64,000 nt of DNA, taken from contig JBHNNM010000002.1 of the NCBI GenBank assembly GCA_048563625.1, positions 5,483-69,482 of the forward strand, in the 5' to 3' direction. Below are positions 8,857-19,140 of this stretch, one piece after another. The first letter of the stretch is position 1. Each line of letters begins with the position of its first letter. The notes below the pieces were generated by a model, which was not told where the DNA came from, did not search any database, and saw only the letters and a list, made by a program, of their open reading frames with translations. This DNA comes from Gammaproteobacteria bacterium (lineage in GTDB: Bacteria > Pseudomonadota > Gammaproteobacteria > GRL18). The translations under genes and the position numbers were made by a program.

Positions 8857-10638
8857 TTATTGCTTTTCAAATACTTCGATCAAATTGCCATCAAGGTCAT
8901 GACACCTAAAAAAACGTCGCTTTGACTGCCCCCAGCACTCCAACGGAGTGATTACCTGAATACCGCGCTCCATGATCCAGTGATACCGGTTTTGAATATC
9001 TGTAACTTCAACATAGAGCAGGCTACGGAATCCTTGGGATTGAAATTCCTTGCCATAAGATGCCGGTGCAAGGAGGAGCCCCTGATAAAAAACAACAACA
9101 TCCTTTGACTGTTTCTTGATCGTCAGCCCTAATAGTTCTTTGTAAAACCACACCGATTTTTCAATGGACGCCACAGGTAATTTCGGCCCTAAGTTAAGCC
9201 TATCTGCCTGCACGACTCCTTGTAGTTGATTAGGCGAGGTTTGCTTGGTTGACGGTACGGTTTCTGGTGCCCTTTGCTGGCTGGCAAAGTTGCCCTTGGA
9301 AATTTTGTTGATATAGATTGTTTGTCCTTCAGAGGTGATAAACCGTCTAAATTCAACTTTATACTTTCCGCTGCGGCCTATTTGATCTTGCCCGCAATTG
9401 ACCTTTGCTATTCGACCATCCGGGAGCTTTACTTCGCTCGAGTCGGGGGCAGTTACAACATCATCGATCCAGTTCTTTAGTGCCGTTCTTTTGACGGGCT
9501 CACAACTTGACATACTCTCAGTCTGACGAGTGCTAAGCTTCAGGGCTGTTTTTTCAAGATAGCTGCAATCTTGAATTCCACTCTTCACTGATGATAGCCA
9601 GTCTGAACCATTGATACATCCCAGCAAACCACCGGCCATGGATGCGATTGTGTCAGTATCAGAACCAATTGCGAAGGCTGCCTTTATTACCCCGTTTATC
9701 GGATCTGCGGCATACCGTGAGGCAAGATAAACAGAAGCGACTGCAGCGACTGTACCGGCCCCGCTAATCTGCTTGTTAAAGCACTGGAGCTTTTCGAGTG
9801 CATCATCGTCAAAACTCAATGCGCCTTTGGAAAGCTCTGATTTGCATATATTCAGGTATTTAAGAATCTCATCCTTTGTCGATAACCATAGCTTTTCATA
9901 GCCCTTCAGATGCTTTTCGGCCTGAGACATCCATTCTGGAAAAACTTTATCATGAGATGGTATAGAGGCCCATACCGCTTCATTTGCGATTATTTCTTCG
10001 ATTAATTCACCATAGCCCAGCTTCGTTTCTTTCCGTAAGGCTGACCAGAGTGCAAACCCGTAGACTAATGCGCCTAACAGGGCTCTTGGATGTCCGTGTG
10101 TTGTTATGCCATCCATAAATATGGATGTGGCTACCTCACCGAAGTCCTTTTCGGTCAGGTAAAGAGCGTGAGGCAAAGCACGCATTGCAACGCCATTACC
10201 GCCAGCATCAAAGTATCTTCTTACGTCCTGCGGTTTTCGGTTAGGATTCCATGGCTCAATTCCATCCATCCAGGAGTCGACAGCTCTCTTTGTAGCTCCG
10301 CCTCCACCTCGTTCATAAAGGGACCAGAAAGGTAGCTCTACCTGAGTGTAGAATTCAAACCATTTTTCACCTTTAAGCAGAGATCGGCTCAGACATAGAA
10401 TAAGTTGCGTATCATCGCTGTACTCACCCGTTTCAATAATTTCTTCATGAGGGAAAAAACGACCGCCAGATCGGCGAGTCCACCTCCTAAATTCATGGAG
10501 GCGGCCTTGTGGTTGTTTTGGTGCTTTTGATTTGCCGACTCGTTCGTTAGGCCAACCCAACGCATCGCCACAAGCTGCCCCCAACATAGCACCGACAGCT
10601 TTGCCGGATTTAAACTTTGTTGGCATGTTATCGGCCAT
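8857..10638 (-). CDS. ADP-ribosylglycohydrolase (ARH/DraG family) fused to a C-terminal VOC/glyoxalase-like domain; candidate antitoxin of the upstream DarT-like gene
   Basis: 593 aa. N-terminal GAMLGAACGDALGWPNE and later GSDTDTIASMAGGLLG are ARH signatures. Last ~110 aa (SVWFYKELLGLTI ... FRCHDLDGNLIEVFEK) look like a VOC fold. Start overlaps the DarT-like stop by 11 nt. Confidence 0.7.
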   Translation of the reverse strand: MADNMPTKFKSGKAVGAMLGAACGDALGWPNERVGKSKAPKQPQGRLHEFRRWTRRSGGRFFPHEEIIETGEYSDDTQLILCLSRSLLKGEKWFEFYTQVELPFWSLYERGGGGATKRAVDSWMDGIEPWNPNRKPQDVRRYFDAGGNGVAMRALPHALYLTEKDFGEVATSIFMDGITTHGHPRALLGALVYGFALWSALRKETKLGYGELIEEIIANEAVWASIPSHDKVFPEWMSQAEKHLKGYEKLWLSTKDEILKYLNICKSELSKGALSFDDDALEKLQCFNKQISGAGTVAAVASVYLASRYAADPINGVIKAAFAIGSDTDTIASMAGGLLGCINGSDWLSSVKSGIQDCSYLEKTALKLSTRQTESMSSCEPVKRTALKNWIDDVVTAPDSSEVKLPDGRIAKVNCGQDQIGRSGKYKVEFRRFITSEGQTIYINKISKGNFASQQRAPETVPSTKQTSPNQLQGVVQADRLNLGPKLPVASIEKSVWFYKELLGLTIKKQSKDVVVFYQGLLLAPASYGKEFQSQGFRSLLYVEVTDIQNRYHWIMERGIQVITPLECWGQSKRRFFRCHDLDGNLIEVFEKQ

Positions 10639-11323
10639 GACGACCTCCGTTTCTATACAATGTTTCTGTTGCTCTAACTCCTCGTTGAATCAAGCCGGAA
10701 AGCGTTGTTCGCTTAAAAAAGTCCGGAGGAATGTAAATAGGCTTATCTATTGAAATCCCTTGCAGATTTAACCGGCAGATCTCCCGTTGTGCCTGCTCCT
10801 CCGACTGAACTGCTATGCCAATGATGGAATCCAACGGTATAGGATCTTTCAGCAAAACTTCTGCTTGAATGTCAGTCGGTGCCGATGGCAAGTGCCCCGA
10901 TGGGCGAGAAAAACTAATGCCGGGAGACGTAGTGACATAAAGAGACCTAAATCCTTGAATACCTGTCTGTATGTATCCACCACACGATCTGGCTGCATTG
11001 CAGGGGCAGAAGCATGTGTCTGGGTGCCAGAGATAACTGGGCTTAATCAGCAAAACCACCCAGTCCTTAAATAGGTGGTCATGCTCCCTGACTTTGACGA
11101 AATAATAGGTGTTCGGATATTCAATTGAACAGCAGATCAGATCATCTCTGCCGTCATAGCGATCCGGGTCTGTCGGATTATGAGGCATATCATGACTTTG
11201 AAGAGTCCTTGTTGAACAAAGTCCAAAAGGGTCGTCAAAAATGTGTGCCAAATTCCGAGACTGAGTGAAGTGGCACAACCTTGTGATGCCTCGACTATTA
11301 CATTCCTGCTGAATCTGATTCAT
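10628..11323 (-). CDS. DarT-like (DUF4433-type) ADP-ribosyltransferase toxin candidate
   Basis: 231 aa. ITRLCHFTQSRNLAHIF resembles the DarT IYHITHIDNL start. RYDGRDDLICCSIEYPNTYYF and QAEVLLKDPIPLDSIIGIAV resemble the DarT R... and catalytic-Glu (QAEFLV) segments. ATGA overlap with the upstream helicase stop. Confidence 0.55.
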   Translation of the reverse strand: MNQIQQECNSRGITRLCHFTQSRNLAHIFDDPFGLCSTRTLQSHDMPHNPTDPDRYDGRDDLICCSIEYPNTYYFVKVREHDHLFKDWVVLLIKPSYLWHPDTCFCPCNAARSCGGYIQTGIQGFRSLYVTTSPGISFSRPSGHLPSAPTDIQAEVLLKDPIPLDSIIGIAVQSEEQAQREICRLNLQGISIDKPIYIPPDFFKRTTLSGLIQRGVRATETLYRNGGRHGR

Positions 11324-11601
11324 GGACGGATCTCCTGATAAAGGTTCCCATCCACCGGCAGCAACGAGGTCAATTCATTGCTGTAAAGTAGGATCAGATT
11401 CGTTTTTGCCCGTGTTACCGCAACATAGAGCAAGCGGCCGTCATGAGTCAGGGCATCTTCCTCTCCATGGGATGCCACATGGTCTTTATCCGGTAAATTC
11501 TCAGAATCCAGAAAAGGAAGAATGACCATATCAAACTCAAGCCCTTTGGCCGAGTGATAGGTTCCATGATAGATACCTGGCCCATCATTCCATACCGTCA
11601 A
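11320..11601 (-). CDS. UvrD-like SF1 helicase, C-terminal fragment (same gene as 11730..12722, frame-disrupted)
   Basis: HSAKGLEFDMVILPF and LLYVAVTRAKTNL are helicase motifs V/VI. This frame stays open upstream to about 11800 (…TLAKCSNENQQVELALKAARN…) without a start codon. Confidence 0.75.
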   Translation of the reverse strand: MTVWNDGPGIYHGTYHSAKGLEFDMVILPFLDSENLPDKDHVASHGEEDALTHDGRLLYVAVTRAKTNLILLYSNELTSLLPVDGNLYQEIRP

Positions 11602-11729
11602 GTCACGGTGCAGACGAGTAGCACCTGCACCAAGTTGTGAACTGAATACCTTTTCCTGTTCCCTGTTTTTTACAAGGATGGCAACGCTCTGTGTCGTTGA
11701 GACATTTCTTGCAGCCTTCAGAGCGAGCT

Positions 11730-12722
11730 CTACCTGTTGATTTTCATTGCTGCATTTAGCAAGGGTGGTAGTGCTCCGTCGGCACGAGGCGATGTCGGCT
11801 CAACTAAGTCCGGGATGTCATTGAAAAAAGGCATCCGGGATATGGCCAACCCGAGCTGGGCAATCTGTTTGGTATTTCTATAATTCTCTTTGAATAGCCA
11901 CTGCTGCGGAATGTTTAGACCCGATGAACGCCAGCTCATTCTCTGGCCATAAATCTGCTGAGCTACATCACCGAAAAATGAAAGGGAACCATCCTCTGGT
12001 ATGGCAGCAGCCAAGGAACGAATCATCTCAGGGGAAAAATCCTGCCCTTCATCAATAATGATGTGCTTATACATTCGAGTTGAATCGTCATCCTCGAATT
12101 CTTTCCGCACATGCAAAGCAAGATCATCCCAGTCATACATATTGCCGGTTTGATTGCGTAGTTCGACATACTTCTCGAGGATTTCATACATCACCGGCCG
12201 CAGTTTCCGAGACAGGTTGGTTCCGATACGTCCAACACGATCAATCTTTACATACTCATCGCTCGATGTGATTCCATGACTGAAAATCCACTGGATTTCA
12301 TCCATGAAGAATTCGATGGGCCGCTTGAAGAATTTGGACGGCTCGTATCCTGACTCCACAGCCTTCACCGCTCGTGAAATATATCCCTTTCGCTCATCAG
12401 GGTCGCTGCAGATGCAGTTGAACCGCATTTTACCCCTGACATTCAAATACCCCCGGGCAAAGGTATGATAGGTTTCAATCTGGACATTCCTCAATTCAGC
12501 TGGTTTGAGATACTTCAAATAGGTTACCAGTGCTTTATTGAATGTCAGGAGCAGGGTTTTCCCAGCATGGGGCATTGATGCCTCTGACAAATACGCAGCC
12601 CGGTATAATGCGAGGGTCGTTTTACCGCTGCCAGCAGTTCCCAAAACGGCGGAATGGCCGGTAGCAGGCATGTACAATACCTCTCGCTGCTTTTTGATTG
12701 GCTTTGGTAAATTCCCAGTCAT
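11730..12722 (-). CDS. UvrD-like SF1 helicase, N-terminal fragment
   Basis: Walker A LGTAGSGKTT and motif II IIIDEGQDF. Reading frame is lost near 11765-11800 (CCACCC context). Start lies 2 nt after the hsdR stop. Confidence 0.75.
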   Translation of the reverse strand: MTGNLPKPIKKQREVLYMPATGHSAVLGTAGSGKTTLALYRAAYLSEASMPHAGKTLLLTFNKALVTYLKYLKPAELRNVQIETYHTFARGYLNVRGKMRFNCICSDPDERKGYISRAVKAVESGYEPSKFFKRPIEFFMDEIQWIFSHGITSSDEYVKIDRVGRIGTNLSRKLRPVMYEILEKYVELRNQTGNMYDWDDLALHVRKEFEDDDSTRMYKHIIIDEGQDFSPEMIRSLAAAIPEDGSLSFFGDVAQQIYGQRMSWRSSGLNIPQQWLFKENYRNTKQIAQLGLAISRMPFFNDIPDLVEPTSPRADGALPPLLNAAMKINR

Positions 12723-12724
12723 TT

Positions 12725-15694
12725 CTATCTCACCCCCGTTCCAACTTGATTCGCAGATTGATAAGTGGCTCCGAAGATAGTGTCACCCAGCCATTTCTTG
12801 AAGGAAGGGTCGTCACTGAACTGTTTGAAGAGCTCAGTATGGTCAGCAATCAATTCCACCATGACACGACCGAGGGCTTTATCGTGCTCGATACGGGCAT
12901 TCTGTTTGTCAGAATTTTTCATGGCATTCTGATAAGCTGTATCGGCGGCAACTTTATCGGGAATTTCCTCAGCAATGACTTTTCGAATTTTGTCGGCGTC
13001 TTTCCAGTCGATGTTCCCAAAAAGGTCATTGAAGGTTTTGATGATATTGCTTAGCTGATCTAATTTCGGTTCCGGCTTTCTACCGCCACCAGCGGTCGGC
13101 ACAGCACCCAGCTCCGCATCTTCATCCGCAAGGGTGATATTCATGCTTGCCTGAACTTCAACCCGGTAGCTGTCCATGTCGATCGTTTCAAGAATCCCTT
13201 TTGAGAGATCTTCTTCTTTTGGTGCGGGCAGTTTAGGAATAAGAAAATTCAGGAATATCGAGAGTTTTTCCCAGTCAGCATTGGTGTATGGCAAAATTGA
13301 CGCAAGGAAGCCATATGTCCTGACGAAAGCCTTGGACTTGCCCTTAAAGTCAACCTGTCCATCTTCATCAAGGTCGCTGTTATAGACCGCAACGCAGGCG
13401 TCCAGAATTGGGTCGAGAGTCTCCCGTTCCGCGCCATTCAAATAGAGTTCAACCAATCCATCGATCTGCTCAGGAGAATAAACCTGATAGCCATCCAGAT
13501 CGGACTTCAGGTCGTGAAGCTTGTTGGGATCAGTTTCTTCACTGAGTATGGTCGTGCGGTAATAATCAGAAAATGCCTTCTGGATCACATCAACATCATT
13601 GAAGAAATCCAGAATGAAGGTGTCATGTTTCTTGGGATGAGCCCGATTGAGACGCGACAGAGTCTGGACAGCTTTAATACCGGCAAGCGGCTTATCCACA
13701 TACATTGTGTGCATCAACGGCTCGTCATATCCGGTGAGGAACTTGTCCGCTACAATCAGAATGCGGTATGGTTCCTCGGCAATCCTGTCTTCAATCTTGT
13801 TACTGGGGAAGGCGTTTAGCGTTGCTTCAGTAACCTTTTGACCGCCGTATTCATGCTCACCCGAAAATGCGACGATGGTTTTGTACGGGAGTTTTTTATC
13901 AATCAGATACTCGTTAATGGCATGGAAGTATTCAATGGCTCTCATGATGGCACTGGTGATGACCATCACACGCGCCTGTCCACCGATTTTACGATGTCCC
14001 ATGACCTGTGCGTGGAAATGGTCCATCATGATTTCCGCTTTCTCACGGATCGCATGAGTATTGGACTCCACATATTTCCGTAATTTTTTCTGGGCTTTCT
14101 TGGTGTCGAAAAGCGGATCGCCTTCCACGGTTTTCATCAGCCGATAAAAACTTTCCACCGGTGTGTAGTTCTTCAGCACATCAAGAATAAAGCCTTCCTG
14201 AATGGCCTGCTTCATGGTGTAACTGTGGAATGGATGATGCTTTATCTTGCCGTCCGGCTGTGGATCAGGCTCACCAAAAATTTCCAGTGTTTTGTTTTTC
14301 GGAGTAGCCGTGAACGCAAAATAGCTGGCATTCGTCAGCATTTTACGGCTCTCCATCAACTCGTTGATTTTGTCTTCTGTGCTTTCTTCTTCCTCAGATT
14401 CCGAAATATCCGAAGAGAGAGCCATATTCATTTTCGAGGCAGTGCGGCCGCCCTGGCTGGAGTGTGCTTCATCAATGATGATGGCAAACTTGTTCTGCCT
14501 GTGGTCGTCGCCAATCTCCGCCAGAATGAAAGGGAACTTCTGAACGGTTGTAATGATGATCTGCTTTCCCTCGTTGATGAAGCGGCGCAGGTCACCGGAA
14601 CGCTCCGCATGGCCAACCACGTTGCCAACCTGAGCAAAGGACTTGATGGTGTCCCGGATCTGCTTATCCAAAACACGCCGGTCGGTAACGACAATAATGG
14701 AACCGAAGACCGCTTTTTTCTGCTTTTCCAACCCCACCAGCTGATGAGCCAGCCATGCAATGGAGTTGGACTTACCACTGCCAGCCGAGTGTTGAATCAG
14801 GTAGCGCTTCCCGGCACCTATTTGCTGGGCGTCTGCCAGAAGTTTACGGACCACCGTCAATTGGTGGTAGCGGGGGAATATCTGTTTGTATTTCTTCTTG
14901 CCGGTTTTCTCGTCTTTCTCTTCAACCACCTGCGCGTAGTTTTCCAGAATGTCAGTGAGACGATCCTTCGTCAGAATCTCTTTCCAGAGATAATCGGTGA
15001 CCAGCCCTGCAGGGTTTGGCGGGTTGCCAGCACCATCGTTATAGCCTTTGTTGAAAGGTAGAAAGCACGAATCCTTGCCTTTTAGGTGGGTACACATGCG
15101 TACTTCATGATCATCAACGGCAAAGTGAACAACACAACGGCCGAACTGGAACAGAAGCTCATTGGGGTCGCGGTCATTCTTGTACTGCTGAACAGCATCC
15201 TCGACGGTTTGCTTGGTAAGCTTGTTTTTCAGCTCAAATGTAGCGATGGGCAGGCCGTTAATAAAAACACCCATATCCAGTGCCAACTGAGTCTCGCTGC
15301 CGCTGTAGCGTAACTGACGCGTTACACTGAAAATATTCTGTTCGAACAGCTCCTTGGGTTTCTCATTATTTGCCGTCGGACTGCCGTAAAAGAGCGTTAC
15401 GGAATCCGGGCCGTGTTTCAGACCTTTGCGTAACACATCAACAATGCCCCGTTTGGCAATTTCACCCTGTAGTCGATGAAGGAATTGTGTTCTTTTAGGT
15501 GAATCGATTTCAAGGCTGAGACGCTCCGCAACCTCCGGCTGAGTGCTCTGTATAAACGCCGTCAGCTTGGCGAAGTCAACCGCATGGTCACGATCATAGT
15601 CCTGAGGGTTGCCAGCCTGGTAACCTGCTTCCTCAATTAACGACTTGACGATGGTTGTTTCAAGCCCTGCTTCGCTTGTATCGGTAAATTTCAT
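12725..15694 (-). CDS. hsdR: Type I restriction enzyme R subunit
   Basis: 989 aa. QHSAGSGKSNS Walker A, IIIDEAHSSQ DEAH box, SF2 motor architecture. Overlaps the hsdS stop. Confidence 0.9.
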   Translation of the reverse strand: MKFTDTSEAGLETTIVKSLIEEAGYQAGNPQDYDRDHAVDFAKLTAFIQSTQPEVAERLSLEIDSPKRTQFLHRLQGEIAKRGIVDVLRKGLKHGPDSVTLFYGSPTANNEKPKELFEQNIFSVTRQLRYSGSETQLALDMGVFINGLPIATFELKNKLTKQTVEDAVQQYKNDRDPNELLFQFGRCVVHFAVDDHEVRMCTHLKGKDSCFLPFNKGYNDGAGNPPNPAGLVTDYLWKEILTKDRLTDILENYAQVVEEKDEKTGKKKYKQIFPRYHQLTVVRKLLADAQQIGAGKRYLIQHSAGSGKSNSIAWLAHQLVGLEKQKKAVFGSIIVVTDRRVLDKQIRDTIKSFAQVGNVVGHAERSGDLRRFINEGKQIIITTVQKFPFILAEIGDDHRQNKFAIIIDEAHSSQGGRTASKMNMALSSDISESEEEESTEDKINELMESRKMLTNASYFAFTATPKNKTLEIFGEPDPQPDGKIKHHPFHSYTMKQAIQEGFILDVLKNYTPVESFYRLMKTVEGDPLFDTKKAQKKLRKYVESNTHAIREKAEIMMDHFHAQVMGHRKIGGQARVMVITSAIMRAIEYFHAINEYLIDKKLPYKTIVAFSGEHEYGGQKVTEATLNAFPSNKIEDRIAEEPYRILIVADKFLTGYDEPLMHTMYVDKPLAGIKAVQTLSRLNRAHPKKHDTFILDFFNDVDVIQKAFSDYYRTTILSEETDPNKLHDLKSDLDGYQVYSPEQIDGLVELYLNGAERETLDPILDACVAVYNSDLDEDGQVDFKGKSKAFVRTYGFLASILPYTNADWEKLSIFLNFLIPKLPAPKEEDLSKGILETIDMDSYRVEVQASMNITLADEDAELGAVPTAGGGRKPEPKLDQLSNIIKTFNDLFGNIDWKDADKIRKVIAEEIPDKVAADTAYQNAMKNSDKQNARIEHDKALGRVMVELIADHTELFKQFSDDPSFKKWLGDTIFGATYQSANQVGTGVR

Positions 15695-16998
15695 TCGTCA
15701 ATGCCCTCCGTAATCAGTTCGTCTTCAGACTCTTCATCATCCTGTACTTCCAGATCTGCCTCAACGGGCTCAAAGTCCGGAATTTCTACGGAGCGGACAT
15801 CAACTTTCCCAGTCACCACATCACCAATTATGCGAGAACGTAATTCTTGCAACAGCTTCTCTTCTCTGGCTATATCATTTCTCAAAGCTGTTTCATGGTT
15901 AACCAGCTCTATAATCCGGTTCTGAATATCTATAGGCGGGATTGGAATCTTTTCTTTCATGAGAGTTCTCGCATTTAACGGCCTATTCCGCCCTGCTGCC
16001 CCTCTGGAATGATAATTCAAAACAAGGTGACCAAGTTTTGTTCTGAAAAAAGAAAGAAGATATGCAGAATCTACTATCTCTGATTTTCCTCTAAAAATAG
16101 GGTAACGATGAGATGCAATACAGCCCTCATCATCAGAACCAGCTATGGCTACCGCTCCTTCCCAAGCAAATTGACCGCTAAAAACCAAATCACCCTTTTT
16201 TATCCAAAAGAAAGTAGAGTCGCCTAATTCTGAACCTTTTGTTGGGTTTTTATGAAAAACACCTCTGCCTCTGTTGTACAAGCCAACAGGTGTAAATATT
16301 TCGTCATTTTCTCGATTTACAGGACGTACAATTTGTGTTGCTACAACCCCAAAGCGTAAATGTTTGGTTTCAGGCAGTTTTGCCGCTTCATTTGTTATCG
16401 CATTTCTTCTCTCCGCAAACAGATCAATAAGTTTTTTCTTGTTTTTTATAAACCTATTGATCTTAGCTGTCTGCCAATCCAAATATTTTGCAATTTGATC
16501 CTGCTCAGATCTTGGAGGTAACATGCTAGGAATCTGCCCGAACTGGTCAAAGTAAAGCCTGAGCCGCATATCCATAATGCCACGAGACCAAGCTTTAAAT
16601 TGCTGCAAATATAGTTTTGTCCTAAAAAGGTAATGATAGTAGTCAGGGTTTATATTCTGTACTGCCCGCAGAATGTCGTAAGCAGGACTCGTAACACCTG
16701 AATAATGAGAAACTCCAACTGCTCCCATCCATGCCAAGAGCTTGTTAACAATCAGATCTCCTTTTTTTACAATCCAATAATTGTCAGTTGTGGAAGCTTT
16801 ATTCCCTTTTTGCTCTAAACTATTACGTGGCCTAACTCCAATATGTGTGTATATGGATAACAGCTCTAAATCATGATCTATTCCTGACTTCTCTGTTCTT
16901 AATCGAAAAATGTTTTTGGTTCTAGTGACCTCCCAATGGGAGGGAATATCACCAATCCATGGGACTTTTGAATCTTTATATCGAGGGTAAGTCATCAT
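15691..16998 (-). CDS. hsdS: Type I restriction enzyme S (specificity) subunit
   Basis: 435 aa with two TRD-like halves separated by helical conserved regions. Sandwiched between hsdM and hsdR with 4-nt overlaps. Confidence 0.85.
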   Translation of the reverse strand: MMTYPRYKDSKVPWIGDIPSHWEVTRTKNIFRLRTEKSGIDHDLELLSIYTHIGVRPRNSLEQKGNKASTTDNYWIVKKGDLIVNKLLAWMGAVGVSHYSGVTSPAYDILRAVQNINPDYYHYLFRTKLYLQQFKAWSRGIMDMRLRLYFDQFGQIPSMLPPRSEQDQIAKYLDWQTAKINRFIKNKKKLIDLFAERRNAITNEAAKLPETKHLRFGVVATQIVRPVNRENDEIFTPVGLYNRGRGVFHKNPTKGSELGDSTFFWIKKGDLVFSGQFAWEGAVAIAGSDDEGCIASHRYPIFRGKSEIVDSAYLLSFFRTKLGHLVLNYHSRGAAGRNRPLNARTLMKEKIPIPPIDIQNRIIELVNHETALRNDIAREEKLLQELRSRIIGDVVTGKVDVRSVEIPDFEPVEADLEVQDDEESEDELITEGIDE

Positions 16999-19130
16999 GC
17001 TTGATTCTCCCCAATAATTTTTTCAAGAAGACCGTCGGTTTCCCTCTCTAAAGCAAGAATATCGGCTTTAATTTCTTCTATTGACCTAGTCTGCTCAGGT
17101 TTAAAGAAATGGCGTGTGAAAGAGACTTTATAGCCAATCTGCGTTTTGGAGCCGTCAACCCAGGCATCGGGTGTATAAGGAAGCACCTCCCGTTCGATGA
17201 AGGCGGCAATGCCTCCATCTTCCAGAAGCGGTACCTGCTCCGAATCCCGCAGGTTAGTATCCGGTTCGTATTCAACGACCACCTTTTTGCCGTCTATCGT
17301 TGTGTCGTATAGACCGTAAAGCGGGTTGGGCTCCGCTTTTCCTGCCTTATAAGTTTTCTTGATGACCGGCTCTGCTGATCCATCAATTACCGTCAGATTG
17401 GCTTTCATGAAATTCTTGGATTTGGCCGGAATTTTCACCGCCATGTCTTTGGCCTTGGATTCAATAGCATCTAAGAAGCTGTTGTAATTCAGATGCGGCC
17501 CTTCACCAATTTCACCGGCCACGGCCTCAACAACTGAATAGAGAGCTGTTTCTTTGGCTTCAGTACAAAGTCGCTCGAACCGGCGTAATTTTTGTTCGGT
17601 CAGGTGAACTGATAGGCACAATGGACGCTCGACAATAACCTTTTGATATCCGAATGCCTCTTTTGGAAAAATTTTAGACTGCTCAGTTTGTGCTGGATTA
17701 ACGATGAGCTTGCAAATATCCTGAATGTGATCTTCCGTTAGTTCACAATTTTTTTTGCCCAAGCTCTTTCGAAGTGGCTTAAACCACTCTGTAGCATCAA
17801 CAAGCTGCACCTCTCCCTTGCGTTCACCTGATTTACGGTTTGTCAGAATCCAAATATATGTTGCAATACCGGTGTTGTAGAACATGTTCTCTGGTAGCGC
17901 GATGATCGCTTCAAGCCAGTCGTTTTCAATAATCCAGCGGCGGATATTGCTTTCACCTTGCCCGGCATCACCTGTGAAAAGCGAAGATCCATTGTGAACT
18001 TGGGCAATACGACTGCCAAGCTTGCTCTTTTCCTTCATCTTCATCAGCTTATTAACCAGAAACATCAACTGACCATCACTGGAACGGGTGAGCATTTTGT
18101 ATTCAGGCTCATCCCCATATTCCAGAATGAAGCGAGGGTCTTTCAGATCGCTTTTCCCTCCCATTCGTTCAAGGTCGGTTTTCCAGCTTTTTCCGTAGGG
18201 TGGATTGGAAAGCATGAAATCGAATTGATCAGACACAAAGGCATCGGCTGACAATGTTGAGCCGTATTTGATATTTTCAGCTTCAGCGCCTTCACCTTTG
18301 AGCAAAAGATCGGCTTTGGCGATTGCATAGGTTTCAGGCTGTACCTCTTGGCCGTAAAGATGAATTGAAACTTCCTTGCCTGCCTCTTTTGCAAGTTTTT
18401 GCAATCTTTCTTCAGCAACAGTCAACATCCCGCCGGTTCCGCAAGCTCCGTCATATACCAGATAAGTTCCCGACTCGATTTTGTCAGCAATGGGCAAAAA
18501 GATCAGGTCGGCCATCAGCTTTACCACATCACGAGGCGTAAAGTGCTCTCCGGCTTCTTCGTTGTTTTCTTCGTTAAAGCGGCGGATCAATTCTTCGAAA
18601 ACACTTCCCATACTGTGATTATCCAGCCCGGGAAGTTTTTCATTACCATTAGCATCCAGCACCGGCTTGGGGCTTAGATTGATACTTGGATTCAGATATT
18701 TTTCAATCAGAGCTCCAAGGATGTCAGCATCCACAAGCGTCGGGATCTGGTTGCGGAATTTGAACTTGTCCAGAATCTCCTGAACGTTGGGTGAGAAGCC
18801 ATCGAGATAGGCTTCAAAGTCAGCTTTCAACTGCTGAACTTTGGCTCTGTTTTTCAGGTCTTTGAGGGTAAATGGGGAGCTGTTGAAGAAAGCTTCGCCT
18901 GACGCCTGACACAGGGCTGCGTTCTGATTGGCAATCCCCGCCGAGTCGAGCTGCTTTTTCATATTAAGGACAGCTTCTTTGGTCGGCTCAAGAAGAGCAT
19001 CAAGACGGCGGATAACAGTCATCGGCAGAATCACGTCCCGGTATTTACCACGGACATACACATCTCTCAGGACATCATCTGCAATGTTCCAAATGAAATT
19101 TGTTATTGTATTATGGATACTGTAATTCAT
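16995..19130 (-). CDS. hsdM: Type I restriction enzyme M (N6-adenine methyltransferase) subunit
   Basis: Motif I VYDGACGTGGML and motif IV NPPYGKSW. Track ORF starts at 19187, but MNYSIHNTITNFIWN (ATG 19130) avoids overlap with the upstream HTH gene. Confidence 0.9.
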   Translation of the reverse strand: MNYSIHNTITNFIWNIADDVLRDVYVRGKYRDVILPMTVIRRLDALLEPTKEAVLNMKKQLDSAGIANQNAALCQASGEAFFNSSPFTLKDLKNRAKVQQLKADFEAYLDGFSPNVQEILDKFKFRNQIPTLVDADILGALIEKYLNPSINLSPKPVLDANGNEKLPGLDNHSMGSVFEELIRRFNEENNEEAGEHFTPRDVVKLMADLIFLPIADKIESGTYLVYDGACGTGGMLTVAEERLQKLAKEAGKEVSIHLYGQEVQPETYAIAKADLLLKGEGAEAENIKYGSTLSADAFVSDQFDFMLSNPPYGKSWKTDLERMGGKSDLKDPRFILEYGDEPEYKMLTRSSDGQLMFLVNKLMKMKEKSKLGSRIAQVHNGSSLFTGDAGQGESNIRRWIIENDWLEAIIALPENMFYNTGIATYIWILTNRKSGERKGEVQLVDATEWFKPLRKSLGKKNCELTEDHIQDICKLIVNPAQTEQSKIFPKEAFGYQKVIVERPLCLSVHLTEQKLRRFERLCTEAKETALYSVVEAVAGEIGEGPHLNYNSFLDAIESKAKDMAVKIPAKSKNFMKANLTVIDGSAEPVIKKTYKAGKAEPNPLYGLYDTTIDGKKVVVEYEPDTNLRDSEQVPLLEDGGIAAFIEREVLPYTPDAWVDGSKTQIGYKVSFTRHFFKPEQTRSIEEIKADILALERETDGLLEKIIGENQA

Positions 19131-19140
19131 GTAATTTCCC

